In this document: in pieces, positions 1 to 11,925 of the stretch | Layout of the letters: each line of letters begins with the position of its first letter | Position numbering within the stretch: the stretch's first letter is position 1 | Source: Syncephalis fuscata S228 | Lineage: Eukaryota > Fungi > Zoopagomycota | Direction: 5' to 3' | DNA: 64,000 nucleotides | NCBI GenBank assembly: GCA_025786725.1 | Contig: JAHLTZ010000005.1 | Coordinates: forward strand, 1-64,000 | The notes under the pieces: generated by a model | The model's input: only the letters and a program-made list of their open reading frames with translations | Told to the model about the DNA's origin: nothing | The model's database searches: none | Translations under genes and position numbers: made by a program

Positions 1-28
1 TGCTACATTTATTAATGTATTTTTACAG

Positions 29-949
29 TTAAAACATGACTATCTTCTTTTTTGGTTTTGCGACAACATTCGTGGTAGCTACTTCAGCTGCTTTCTTATT
101 CGACTTCATTACTTTTGCTCTTTTGTTTCCTTTTGAATACGATGAAGTGCTAAAAACACACATCATCATCGTCTCCGCCCTGCTCCAAATCTATCGTTCC
201 AAGCGTGTACTCTCCATCTACAATTATTGACTATTAATTAGACAATAGATGTCATATGGTCGTAATCATACGCACCTTGACCAGCATTGGCTGGCTTACA
301 ATCTTTTGATAAATGGCGAACAGATCCACAGAATCGACAACATCCACCTTTTGGATAAACACCACGATCATTTTGTGGGCATTTAGACGCCAAATGGCCT
401 TTTTCGTTGCATACAAAACATTGTGCAAATGCATATGTATCTGTTCAAATGTCATTGTTATAATGACTACGATTTAAATTTAATTAATACAATGCAACTT
501 ACCGCCTTTAATACGGCAGCTTTTTGTTGTATGATCCTTGGAGCCACACTTGTAACAAAGACCCACTCCTTCCCGTGTGGCACTAGGACACTCATTTACA
601 CTGTGACCTGTTTTACGACATGCAAAGCATATCTAATAAAATATACCTAGTTTAGTTGTTAAACACTGGTTATTAACACCATATTTACCGTGCTATTTTG
701 CTTTTGTTTAATGCGCCGTTTCCTATTAGCTTCTGTCTCGATATTATTGTATCGTCTATTAGTATAAGCAGTTGTATGTTAGCAGTTAAATGACATACCC
801 GTTCTATCGGCGTTATTTGTACTATTTTTGTATGATGTCGAGTCGTTACCATCGTTATCTGTTCGATTACGCCTTGGAATGAGAGCCTGGCTTTGGAATC
901 CAGACGCCTCCAAGTGTCGCTTTTTTCCAATCTTTGTATAGCGAGTCAT
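29..949 (-). CDS. ZCCHC9: ZCCHC9-like CCHC zinc-knuckle protein, spliced; last exon frameshifted in this copy
   Basis: Manual splicing gives MTRYTKIGKKRHLEAS..., CFACRKTGHSVNEC, CYKCGSKDHTTKSC, CFVCNEKGHLASKCPQNDRGVYPKGGCCRFCGSVRHLSKDC. Four extra bases at about 104-160 relative to copy 2 give an early stop (DDDDVCF*). Confidence 0.8.
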
Positions 950-1061
950 GTTAAATGGAGGAAAGAAAGAAAAAGAAGAGGTAAAGTGTGGTTAAAGAAT
1001 TCACTCTTTCGTTTCCTTCACCACCATTATTACTATTACTGTTACTGTTACTTTTATTACT

Positions 1062-4000
1062 ATGGCCAACTCGACAGCGCCACAGACCACAGCAAAAGGG
1101 CGCCGTACACGAGCTCTACTTAAGAGCTACTATGGACTATCCGACCATAATGCCGCCGACCCTCTTGATATTGGTATGAAGATGACCGCTAGCTTTGACA
1201 CGTAGAATGACTTTTAAATGCTAGGTGGTACTTCGTTTGAGCCCAACTTGTACACCAAGAAACTTATCCAAGAACGCAGTACGCCCCAGCTATTAGTACG
1301 TCACAATGAACTTATTACAGGTGGGTACATAAACGAATTACGTGTATATGTTTATTTATATAGGTTGGTAGAGGTGCGCCAGCTGGATAGTGATATGAAA
1401 TCACTGGTCTATGAAAATTACGATAAGTTTATTAGTGCTACAGACACGATGCGACAGGTAGGCAATTGGATAGATTTAATTACAATGTTATTAATAAATG
1501 GCAAATAAAGATGAAAAGTCGTTTAATGTCGATGAAAGAACAACTCGGCGAGTTAAATCAACGTGTTGAACGAGCCAGTCGATCAGACAAACTAGTAAGT
1601 GGAGATCTGGCCGAGGATCAGAGTCGCATTTTGACCCTCGATAAAGAACATCATACGCTTAATGAGGTAATAGGATAATAACATGTCAAGGAATATTAAT
1701 TAAATACAACTGTAATGTTAGTTGGGTGTTTTATTTGAACTACCCAGTTTATTGTTATCCCATCTGGCACACGATGAGTTGGCCGCGGCGGTTAAAGCAT
1801 TTCGACAAGCTGCACCGTTACTGGAACAGTTCCACAATGAGCCCGGCTATGAAGGCATTGAGTCGGAAAGTAGAGAGATTATGGCCAAAGTTGCTCAACA
1901 GCTACAAAAGAATCTACACAATGATCGGGTAAGTGAATAAATAAATAGTTAAGTAATTAAACAGTTGATTAACTATTTATAATACACATTAGGCTGATTG
2001 TTCATTTATCGCCGATGCTACGGGATTGTTAATTGGTACGGAAAGTGTTGATATGGATCAATTACGTCAACAATTTGTGACACGGTGGGTGATTTGTGCC
2101 TCTATAGACGCACATGTATTGATTAATAAATCGGTAGAACTACATGGCGATTAAATCAAGTTTGTGAGCGGCTTTCTGAAGTAACAACGAGAAAAGGCAG
2201 CTATCTAGATCGACAGGGTGCCACACTAGTTATGGATGCTATGTCCTCAATTCATACAACACTAGTGGCCGAGTTGAATTTGGCTGTATCGTGTTATGAG
2301 GAATGCTTCCTTTCTACCGAAGCAGCATCATCTCCTCAGGCCCCTAACGAGGAACATCCTACATGGTATAGAATGGCCCGACCTGCAGATATAGTAAGTA
2401 GTAAAATCTATTTTAACTATACATCATAAACTAAATGGCTGCAATGACGATAATGACAATAGACAGTGACTGGTGCATTGCAAGAGTGGACAGCACCTAT
2501 TATTCAAAAGTATACAGATCTTGTACGCCAAGTACTGTCATTGCCAGTAAGTAGTACAATACAATACGTATTTACTCTATTTACTTGTTATCATAATTAT
2601 AGGAGGATATTATATCATTAGATGCTGCAAAAGCGGCATCAGTGGTTGATCTCTTATTTGAACAATTGAAAAAGGCCACTGTACTTGTTCGCTGTACATC
2701 AATTGAGGCAAGAGTTCAATTGCTCGTATTAGACTGGTTTAAACTATTAGTAGACCAGCTATTCGGATACCCACATAATCAATTAGTCAGTAAGTAATAC
2801 TTTATAATATATATATATAACTAATTTGCCAATATTGATATTAATATTGATAAGACGCTATGAAGAAGGCGTGTGAGATAAATGATAAAGAGCCTGGCAA
2901 TGCATTTGATGCTGTCGTAGCCTACGAGACATTATTAATGGAAAATTTGGTTGATCGTATTTTACCCTTGTTGGCTGTAAGTTATTTAGTAACCATAGTG
3001 ATAATAATAACAGTGGTGTTAATGACAATATCCATTTTATTAGACATTGATGAATCAAAGTGAAATATGGCGACACCAATTAGAAAAATCATCACCTTTA
3101 GTGTCTATTATTCAAGCGTCTACACGTCGATTCTGGATGTCTTTATTGGATGAATTTTTGGTATGTACTATAGCTATTAAGACAGCCACGCTGTCATAAT
3201 TATATTGTATTAAATAGCTAATGAATGAACAGCTATTATCTCGGTCACGTCAATTAACCTATGTACATACACACACGCTAATTATCGCTGCCAATTTATG
3301 TATGGATTTCGAAGCAGCAACTGTTGAATCGGTCTATGATAATTTCTGTAAACAACTGTCACCAGAATTCTCGAGTGACGACTTTGATCGATGGTGGGAT
3401 CAAGGCGGCAATGGTCCTGATGTCTTATCAAACAATCCAATACATGTATGGCGACGTGAAAGCCAACAAGTCATTAGCCGTTGCAAAGCTGCTTCTAATG
3501 TAGGCTACACTGGCTGTTTAGTATGGATAAAATAATCCAATATTTAACACTATTTTAGGAGCTTATTAATCGCTATGTGGCGTTGTCAGGTCAGCGATTA
3601 GCATCTGGTCTTTCAACAGTATTTGAACTGAAAGATTGGCGAATTACCAGCACATCAGCCCAGCATAGTCCATTCTGGGATGTGATGCTAGCTGATTGGA
3701 AACGGGCCTGTACCGATGTCCGATTGCTACTTGGTGATGATGACGAAGATGAAGATGACGAAGAAGGCGGTAATAACATTGCCTCACCTCAAAAAGGAAA
3801 GGAAAAGGACCAGCATACTGTTTTATCCGAGAGAGAGGGCGATCGTATGGGTAAGTGGATCAAAGTGTAGTAGTAATGTCCTTGATTAATATCATGTCTA
3901 GAACGAGCCAGCATCCGGTCTACACGGACTTCTCGAACACGGTTCAGTAGTCTTTCGGGTGGACATGCTTCTGCACGTGGATCACGCAATATGATGGGAC

Positions 4001-4503
4001 AAAGTCCATTGATGAAATCGGCGACCAACCGTCAAAATCGACTCTCTACAGCACCAGAACCGCTATGGATGAATCAGACAGCCAATACCGGCCATCTATG
4101 GCTCAAAGATGTGGGAAAGTTATTTGTACAGAAGATCCAAGTACTAGGCAACGTGCCTATCGATTGCCGAACCATTCAAGTAGCTATACTACGTGTAGCC
4201 CTTAAGGTAGATAATGGCATGCTTATAATTGCCATCTTATTTATCTATCTATTTATTTTGTAGGCCTATGCGGAACTAGCACGTATTCCCGCCTATTCCG
4301 CTGAGGGACAAGCCCAGATGGAACTAGATGTGCAGTATGTCGCGCAGAATATTAAAGAATCGATTGGCGAAGAAAAGTAAGTAAAATAATGGCACTTTGA
4401 TGATGATAATAATAACGACTAACACCACAATAGTACGCTGATACAACTGCTAAATGAAGCTATTGGTGCAGTACACCGTCGGTGCTTACAGCACCTAGGT
4501 TAA
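1062..4503 (+). CDS. VPS51: Vacuolar protein sorting 51 (GARP/EARP subunit), multi-exon
   Basis: N-terminus RALLKSYYGL...DPLDI and the Vps51 motif [31 protein letters not shown]. C-terminal exons contain LKAYAELAR, QMELDVQY and LLNEAIGAVHRRC. Introns are GT-AG. Confidence 0.88.
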
Positions 4504-4894
4504 TAGCTGGTGAATTGCATATGATCATTTAAAAATCAATTGTGCTACTTCATGGATACTACAATTATTATGCCATATGATATGGCAAGATGTGCATAGG
4601 CGTGCTGTTTGTTACAAAGAAATGTCAAATAGTTATATTCAATTATATATGAATGACTGATTTATTAGTCTTTAATTAATATAATTTTTATTACATTCAA
4701 GCCTTTATATTCTATAATCTATGTGAATATTTAGTTGCATTTCTATTATCAATACTAACTAAACAATATGGTACTACCAAAGTGCAACAAGCCAATAAAT
4801 TGGGCTGCGTTCGTGAAGACTTTACCCACACGTAACAACCTTTTTTCTTCTACTCTTGCTGCCTTTGCTATTATATTAACAACTCGCTATTATC

Positions 4895-5863
4895 ATGGTC
4901 ACTGCTGCTGCTGTACAGGAGGCGATTAGCCACATTCTAAGCACACTGCCGTCTCATGCTATCCCTAAAGTGGGCATTGTTTGTGGTAGCGGTTTAGGCG
5001 GCCTGGGTGCGCAGCTAACAGATGCCACTTTTTACAATTATCATACGATTCCTGGCTTTCCCGTCAGCACGGTTAGCGGCCATGCAGGTAAACTAGCGTT
5101 TGGAGAATACGGCGGCAAGCGTGTAGTCTGTATGGTGGGTCGTTTCCACTACTACGAAGGCCATGAGATTGCCCATACATCTTTTCCAATTCGTGTTCTA
5201 CATCAGCTTGGTGTAGAAACTTTATTAGGTAAGTCAAGAAAGCAAATTAAGCTAGCCATCGTATTTACACCTTATTGTTATATGTATCCAGTTACCAATG
5301 CCTCAGGAGGACTGCATCCAGACTGGAATGTCGGTGACTTTACACTGATATATGATCATCTTGCTTTGCCTTCTCTGGCCGGTTTGAATGCTCTTCGTGG
5401 CAAGAACGAGGCTGATTTTGGTCCGCGCTTCCCTGGCATGACTAATGCCTATCCAGTTGAATTGCGTCGATTGGCAGTTGAAGCTGCAAACGACATTTCA
5501 TTGCCACGCGAATGGCTACGAGAGGGCGTCTACTGCTTTGTAGGCGGCCCCAGCTACGAGACTCCTGCTGAGGCGCGTGCTCTTCGCTCGCTAGGCGGTG
5601 ATTTGGTCGGCATGTCTACAGTACCCGAGGTTATTGTTGCCAATCATTGTGGTATGCGCGTATTGGCCATTGCTCTAATTACGAACCGTGTGCGTGCATC
5701 GCGTGGCGAGCTCGTTCTAGGCGCAGACGCCGACATTAAAGCGGCTGAAGCATTGGAGGACAGCAGCATTAAAGCACCCACTCATGAAGAAGTACTTGCA
5801 ATGGGCCAGGAACGTGCCAAGGATTTAGAGCGTTGGGTCAAGCGTATTCTAGAAAAGCTTTAG
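4895..5863 (+). CDS. PNP1: Purine nucleoside phosphorylase (trimeric PNP type); one 63-nt intron at 5229-5291
   Basis: Motifs GIVCGSGLG, STVSGHAG, GRFHYYEG, GPSYETPAE, VGMSTVPEV. Removing gtaagt...ccag restores LLVTNASGG. Confidence 0.95.
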   Translation: MVTAAAVQEAISHILSTLPSHAIPKVGIVCGSGLGGLGAQLTDATFYNYHTIPGFPVSTVSGHAGKLAFGEYGGKRVVCMVGRFHYYEGHEIAHTSFPIRVLHQLGVETLLGKSRKQIKLAIVFTPYCYMYPVTNASGGLHPDWNVGDFTLIYDHLALPSLAGLNALRGKNEADFGPRFPGMTNAYPVELRRLAVEAANDISLPREWLREGVYCFVGGPSYETPAEARALRSLGGDLVGMSTVPEVIVANHCGMRVLAIALITNRVRASRGELVLGADADIKAAEALEDSSIKAPTHEEVLAMGQERAKDLERWVKRILEKL

Positions 5864-6740
5864 TCATTAGTATGGCGACTAAATAATAGCAATAAATGAG
5901 CAGTGGTTGATTATTGTTTGCGCTATTCACCAAACAAAAAATAATAATAATAATATATGATTTGCAATTAAATAAATGCTGTGTATTATTAAGCATTGAT
6001 GGCTTTTAAATTTAAACACTGTTATTAAATATATAACATTTGATTATTAGATCAAGAATGATTTGAAAATTGTAGCTGTATTAATTTGCAACATATTTTT
6101 GGAAACATTGTAATAATTATATACTGTTTACTTTATTTTATGTTTTACGTAATAATGAGTTTTTAATATAAATAAATCATTGTTTTATAACATAAAATAG
6201 TTGCATATGTAAGCTATATTTAGTTATACGGCATATGATGTCGATAATGATTTATTAAATTATATATTGAATTTAAATGGTGCTGCATATTTACGCATAA
6301 AATACAATGATTGTAAACCACTGTTTACACAATATCCAAAGCTTAAAGCACTATTGAATTATTGGCGCTGTTGTGTAAATTTATTGCTATAAATACAGTT
6401 TGAAATTTAAAAATGCTTAACATCCGTCATTTATTCAGTTATAATGTGGCTGACTATTAAAAATAATCATATGCCAAGAAATAATGAACCTTGAATTTGA
6501 CTGTCGTCAATTTAATTCAGGCCATCCATGAAAGCTATAATTTGGGCCTATATCATTATCATGCCTATTAATTGGGTTGTTTTAATTAAATTAAAGGGCT
6601 ATTAGATACATAAAAGGTTTATGAGCAAATTTTGGCCTATGTTTTTCGCCTTTATGTAGTTTGAGCAATAAACAATAAATATTAGACACAGCAGTACTTT
6701 AATGCCATTATCAATCGTGTGCTGTTCAGCCGCTTAATAC

Positions 6741-6944
6741 GAGGCCTTATTAATGCACTGTACTACTTTCGGGATATGAGTTAGCCAAGATTTGGTAAAT
6801 TGTGTATAGCATAATAATATTTGATACGAATTAGTGACAGGCATATGTATATCCAGTGCCGATTTGTCGGTAATGTGTGATTGTATCTTTATTACATTAT
6901 AAACTCGGACTTACATCACGTAGATGTGGCACTTAATATAAAAG
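6741..6944 (+). promoter_or_regulatory. Conserved fungalysin promoter: GAGGCCTTATTAAT element and TATAAAAG box
   Basis: The same two elements at similar spacing precede all four fungalysin copies (6741/6937, 17609, 55867-55880/55679-55686 on the minus strand, 63142/63362). Confidence 0.6.
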
Positions 6945-7107
6945 CTGCGCTCGTTGGAGTATTCTTGTAGCGCATTATAGCCACACATCATTATTTTTAA
7001 CTTCAATATCTTACCAGCTACGCGATCCATCTACAACAATTTAACTTACAACTAACATTGTTTTTAACCTATTTGCGTATTGCAATCATTGGCTTTTTAT
7101 TATCAAC

Positions 7108-9055
7108 ATGCACATCAATCTATGTACTGCTTCGCTGATTTTGATATTTGTCGGTGCTATCTCATGTGCCAACCAACGGATTGAGGTTGACTCTATCATT
7201 CCCAAGATTAACGTCGATTCTGCAGTTCGCACTTTGTCGCCCAATCTAGGCAGCTACAAACCACCAGCGTCATTTACACCGCACAATGCACAAGAAGTTG
7301 CGCTTGAGTTTGCTCGTTCGCAGCTCCATATCAAGGATGGTGACTTTGTTGTGACCACCTCGCACAAATCCAAGCTCAGCGGTACCACCCATGTCTACCT
7401 TCAGCAAACCATCAAAGGCATTAAAGTCTCCAATGGTGTCGTGGGTGTTCATGTCGACAAAGCAAACAAGATCATTGCCTATGACGACAGCTTCTTCAAG
7501 ACCAACACAGCTAACCAGTTGGTAGCTCAACCACGTAAAACATGGCATGGCCAGACCACCGGATTTGTTTCTCCAGCCGATGCTTTGGGTATACTTGCCA
7601 CACACATCAAACAGCAATTCGATGCCAGCAAGGTCCAAGTTGTACCACAGGCCAAGTCTACAAGTGGTGGTCAGTCATACCTGCTCAAGAATGTTGGTTT
7701 TACCAAGTCTGCTGTAAAGGCATCGCAATCATACATTCAAACAAGCGCCAATGAAGTAGAGCCTGCTTGGGAATTTACAGTCAAGCTACCACTCAATTAT
7801 TTCTCGGCCCATGTATCGGCTGATGGCACCAAAATATTCGCGCTAAGTGATTTAATATCTTTTGCCAGCTACAATGTTGTTAAATTTGGCAACAATAATC
7901 CTATCGATACACCACTTCAAACCGTCACGAATCCAGCTGACAAGACTGCATCGCCAAATGGCTGGCACACACAGGGAAGCAAAAGATTTACCACTACGGT
8001 TGGTAACAATGTGTTTGCTCAGGCCAACTATAGACTTGAAGACGCAAATGGTGATGGCATTGATGATAACGAATCCAAATGGAAAAACGCCCCTCGTCCA
8101 GATGGTGGAAAGAATCTAAATTTCAATTTTACATACAACGCTGAGAAAGCACCAAAAGACAATATCAACGCATCCGTTACTAACTTGTTTTATGTCACCA
8201 ATGTTTTGCACGATCTTTTTTATCAATATGGTTTGATGAAGCTGCTGGCAATTTTCAAGAAGACAATGGCAACAAAGGTGGCAAGGGTGGCGACGCTGTA
8301 GCTGTCAGGCATTGCATGGCTATGATTCTCCAGGATATCGTAGTGGTGCGTTTTTTTAGCTCTGCTGATGGTTCACGGCCAACGATGTTGATGCTTGGCT
8401 TTGACGAATAAGCCCAGGTCGTGATGGTGCTTTTGAAAATGATATCATTGCACATGAATATGGTCACGGTGTCTCTAGTCGACTCACTGGTGGCTCTCAT
8501 AATGCTATATGTTTGAGACAGTGAATCTAGAGGCATGGCGAAGGGTGGAGTGACTTCTTTGCTTATTGGATGAGATGAAGGCATCAGATAATTCTACTAA
8601 AAACGTTGAAATGCCGCTACGCCTCTGGTAAAAATACCGCCATATCCATATCAACTAACATACCGCAAATCCCAAGACCTATGATTATTTAAATCAGCCC
8701 AAATGGAATAATGAGGAACATAAAATTGGTGAAATTTGGGCCACAATGTTGTACGAGGTTTATTGGACTTTGTTAATAAGCTTGGATTCCAACAAAACAA
8801 ATACTCTGCCGACATTTCAAAGGGTAATACGCTGTTAATGCAAATTATCATTGATGGTTTAAAACTACAACCGTGCAATCCAACATTCCTTCAAGCTCGA
8901 GATGCCATGCTACAGGCTGAACAGCAATTGACTGGTGGTAAACATGCTTGTGAAATCTGGCGTGGATTTGCCAAGCGAGGTCTTGGATATAAGGCCGCTT
9001 CTCAAGATCTTACAAGACGGCCGATACTAGCTTACCATCCAACTGTAAAGCATAA
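7108..9055 (+). pseudogene. Fungalysin (M36 metalloprotease), intronless, heavily frameshifted in the catalytic region (pseudogene or assembly error)
   Basis: Signal peptide, FTP propeptide motif [32 protein letters not shown] (gcacatgaatatggtcac), [25 protein letters not shown]. Many single-base deletions at 8230-8800. The natural end [11 protein letters not shown] lies in another frame. Confidence 0.85.
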
Positions 9056-10052
9056 TTATGTATTTGCTTTACTAACGAATAAATATAACAGGTTACATAA
9101 ACTTGCAATGTGACAATCATTTACTCAGATGTTTACTATATACATTAATGCAACAACTTGTTAAATCTAATATTTATTATTGTTTTATAAAGCATTATTA
9201 CATAAGTTAATAATTATGTATTGTGATATTTAACATAAATGTGATTGTTATAATATATTGAAATCATCATTCATGACTTATAAAAGCATTATAAAACAAC
9301 AGAAGTACCATCATAACACTAAAGCTCGGCACAATAATCTTTTAATTACTAAGTTTGTAAATAATTTTATACATAGATTGATAAAAATAATAAAATTTAA
9401 AGCAATCAAATTTATAGCCCTAATTGGTAATTTTTATTAGTACTGTTGTTTATAAATGAAAATTTATAAAATAAGTTTAGTAATAAGTAAATAACTCAAA
9501 CCAACTACTTAATATGCAATACGTTGCTATATTAGACTTAAACCATACTAAGTGGCTAATGAACATGCAGCGAACAAGAAAGAATATATGGCGTGATCCG
9601 AGTGACTTTGTATATACCAAAAGCGTATGTAATATCAATATTATCACAATTGGATCATTCAATAAACCCATATATCAAGCTTTAATATATTCCTTAATTC
9701 ATCAAATAGTCGGCCAATAACACTTTTATATGGTCAAAGAGGTCGCAATTGGCTTGTTTATTAATAAAGCATTCGATAAATAAACCCACTACATTTGCTA
9801 ATGCTCAGTCTATATTATTGAATAAATTGATACATTAATATATCTTAGTAGCGCCAATGTTCGATAGCATTGATTATAGTATAGCCGCATTGCTTAACAA
9901 AGCTATACATGATCTTTCTATCTGTTCACCATTTATGCTACAAATCCATTGATGTTGGATTTTCATTTATAGTAGCCGTTTGTTATAAATAGCAATAAAA
10001 TTTAGTACAAATTTACAGATATTGACAAAGGAACAATTTAGTTAAGATCGTT

Positions 10053-10418
10053 CTAAATTCTACTCAATGATCTCGTTGATCTGGGCTGGCCGAACTCATC
10101 GAAGAAATAATCGTTGCCATGATTATCTGTATATTTGGGCGTGTCCCACTTTTCATCCTGTTCAATTTGCCATTCCGCTTCGGATGATCCAAATAGCCAC
10201 TGATGAAGTGTAGATGGCATTTTACGGACTTTAGAGAGCATAAGACAGATTGAAGCTTCGAGGGATAGCCATAAGAAACGTATACAAATAACGACTAGCG
10301 CAGTTATGATAGTAGGTACAATCAGTAGAGTAAGCGTGCCCACAATAGGAAACCAGAGTGGTGTCGTAAGAACGACTACACATAAAGTTGTAAGAATATT
10401 GCCAATGTGCCACGTCAT
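10053..10418 (-). CDS. Small hypothetical membrane protein, 121 aa, with a long N-terminal hydrophobic segment
   Basis: Single-exon ATG-initiated ORF, GC-richer than its flanks. About 55 mostly hydrophobic residues are followed by an acidic/aromatic tail. Confidence 0.6.
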   Translation of the reverse strand: MTWHIGNILTTLCVVVLTTPLWFPIVGTLTLLIVPTIITALVVICIRFLWLSLEASICLMLSKVRKMPSTLHQWLFGSSEAEWQIEQDEKWDTPKYTDNHGNDYFFDEFGQPRSTRSLSRI

Positions 10419-10896
10419 GACTATAAGAGTGTATAGAAAAGAAAGCGAAGGAGTAGGTGGACCGTGGGTAGAATTAACGGCAAGGTTTATTGCGTAACAC
10501 CGAGTGGAGAAACCGTATTGATGCGCATATCAATATGGAATGTTCCATGATGACTGCCAGAGCGTTAATATAGTAAATTAATAATAAAGACAAATGGCAC
10601 TTTAACCCCTACAATTTTAATAAAACTAATACAGTATTATACAGATTTATCTTTGTTATTACGCTTCTGATGACATAATAAACCTGCCAAGACAAATGGA
10701 CAAATTACATTAATCGAAACACTAAATTTAAGCTTTTAATAATAAGCTTTGTACTACTAAATTGATTAAAAAATGATTTAGCTAAAATACTAGTATTATT
10801 ATGTTCAAATCATCATTTAAGCATCAAATATTATTAAATATTATTCAATTCATCAATTATCCATAATCTGCTACATTTATTAATGTATTTTTACAG

Positions 10897-11813
10897 TTAA
10901 AACATGACTATCTTCTTTTTTGGTTTTGCGACAACATTCGTGGTAGCTACTTTAGCTGCTTTCTTATTCGATTCATTACTTTGCTCTTTTGTTTCCTTTT
11001 GAATACGATGAAGTGCTAAAAACACATCATCATCGTCTCCGCCCTGCTCCAAATCTATCGTTCCAAGCGTGTACTCTCCATCTACAATTATTGACTATTA
11101 ATTAGACAATAGATGTCATATGGTCGTAATCATACGCACCTTGACCAGCATTGGCTGGCTTACAATCTTTTGATAAATGGCGAACAGATCCACAGAATCG
11201 ACAACATCCACCTTTTGGATAAACACCACGATCATTTTGTGGGCATTTAGACGCCAAATGGCCTTTTTCGTTGCATACAAAACATTGTGCAAATGCATAT
11301 GTATCTGTTCAAATGTCATTGTTATAATGACTACGATTTAAATTTAATTAATACAATGCAACTTACCGCCTTTAATACGGCAGCTTTTTGTTGTATGATC
11401 CTTGGAGCCACACTTGTAACAAAGACCCACTCCTTCCCGTGTGGCACTAGGACACTCATTTACACTGTGACCTGTTTTACGACATGCAAAGCATATCTAA
11501 TAAAATATACCTAGTTTAGTTGTTAAACACTGGTTATTAACACCATATTTACCGTGCTATTTTGCTTTTGTTTAATGCGCCGTTTCCTATTAGCTTCTGT
11601 CTCGATATTATTGTATCGTCTATTAGTATAAGCAGTTGTATGTTAGCAGTTAAATGACATACCCGTTCTATCGGCGTTATTTGTACTATTTTTGTATGAT
11701 GTCGAGTCGTTACCATCGTTATCTGTTCGATTACGCCTTGGAATGAGAGCCTGGCTTTGGAATCCAGACGCCTCCAAGTGTCGCTTTTTTCCAATCTTTG
11801 TATAGCGAGTCAT
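10897..11813 (-). CDS. ZCCHC9: ZCCHC9-like CCHC zinc-knuckle protein, spliced; last exon intact
   Basis: Four CCHC knuckles as in copy 1. The last exon reads through to ...NVVAKPKKKIVMF*, resembling the ZCCHC9 C-terminus. Confidence 0.85.
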
Positions 11814-11925
11814 GTTAAATGGAGGAAAGAAAGAAAAAGAAGAGGTAAAGTGTGGTTAAAGAATTCACTCTTTCGTTTCCTTCACCACCATTATTACTAT
11901 TACTGTTACTGTTACTTTTATTACT

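Larger units (their letters stand above)
1..9259. repeat. Copy 1 of a near-identical tandem segmental duplication (left end runs off the window)
   Basis: Sequence from base 1 (tgctacatttattaatg) recurs at 10869. The ORF track repeats with an offset of about 10864-10869. Similarity breaks down at about 9240-9259 versus 20120-20138. Confidence 0.97.

Noticed and set aside
685-930. 81-aa minus-strand ORF (and 252-455, 423-650) as separate genes
   Set aside because: These are wrong-frame or antisense readings of the spliced ZCCHC9 gene.
5852-5863. PNP C-terminal EKL as a PTS1
   Set aside because: Glu at position -3 is non-canonical and there is no other support.
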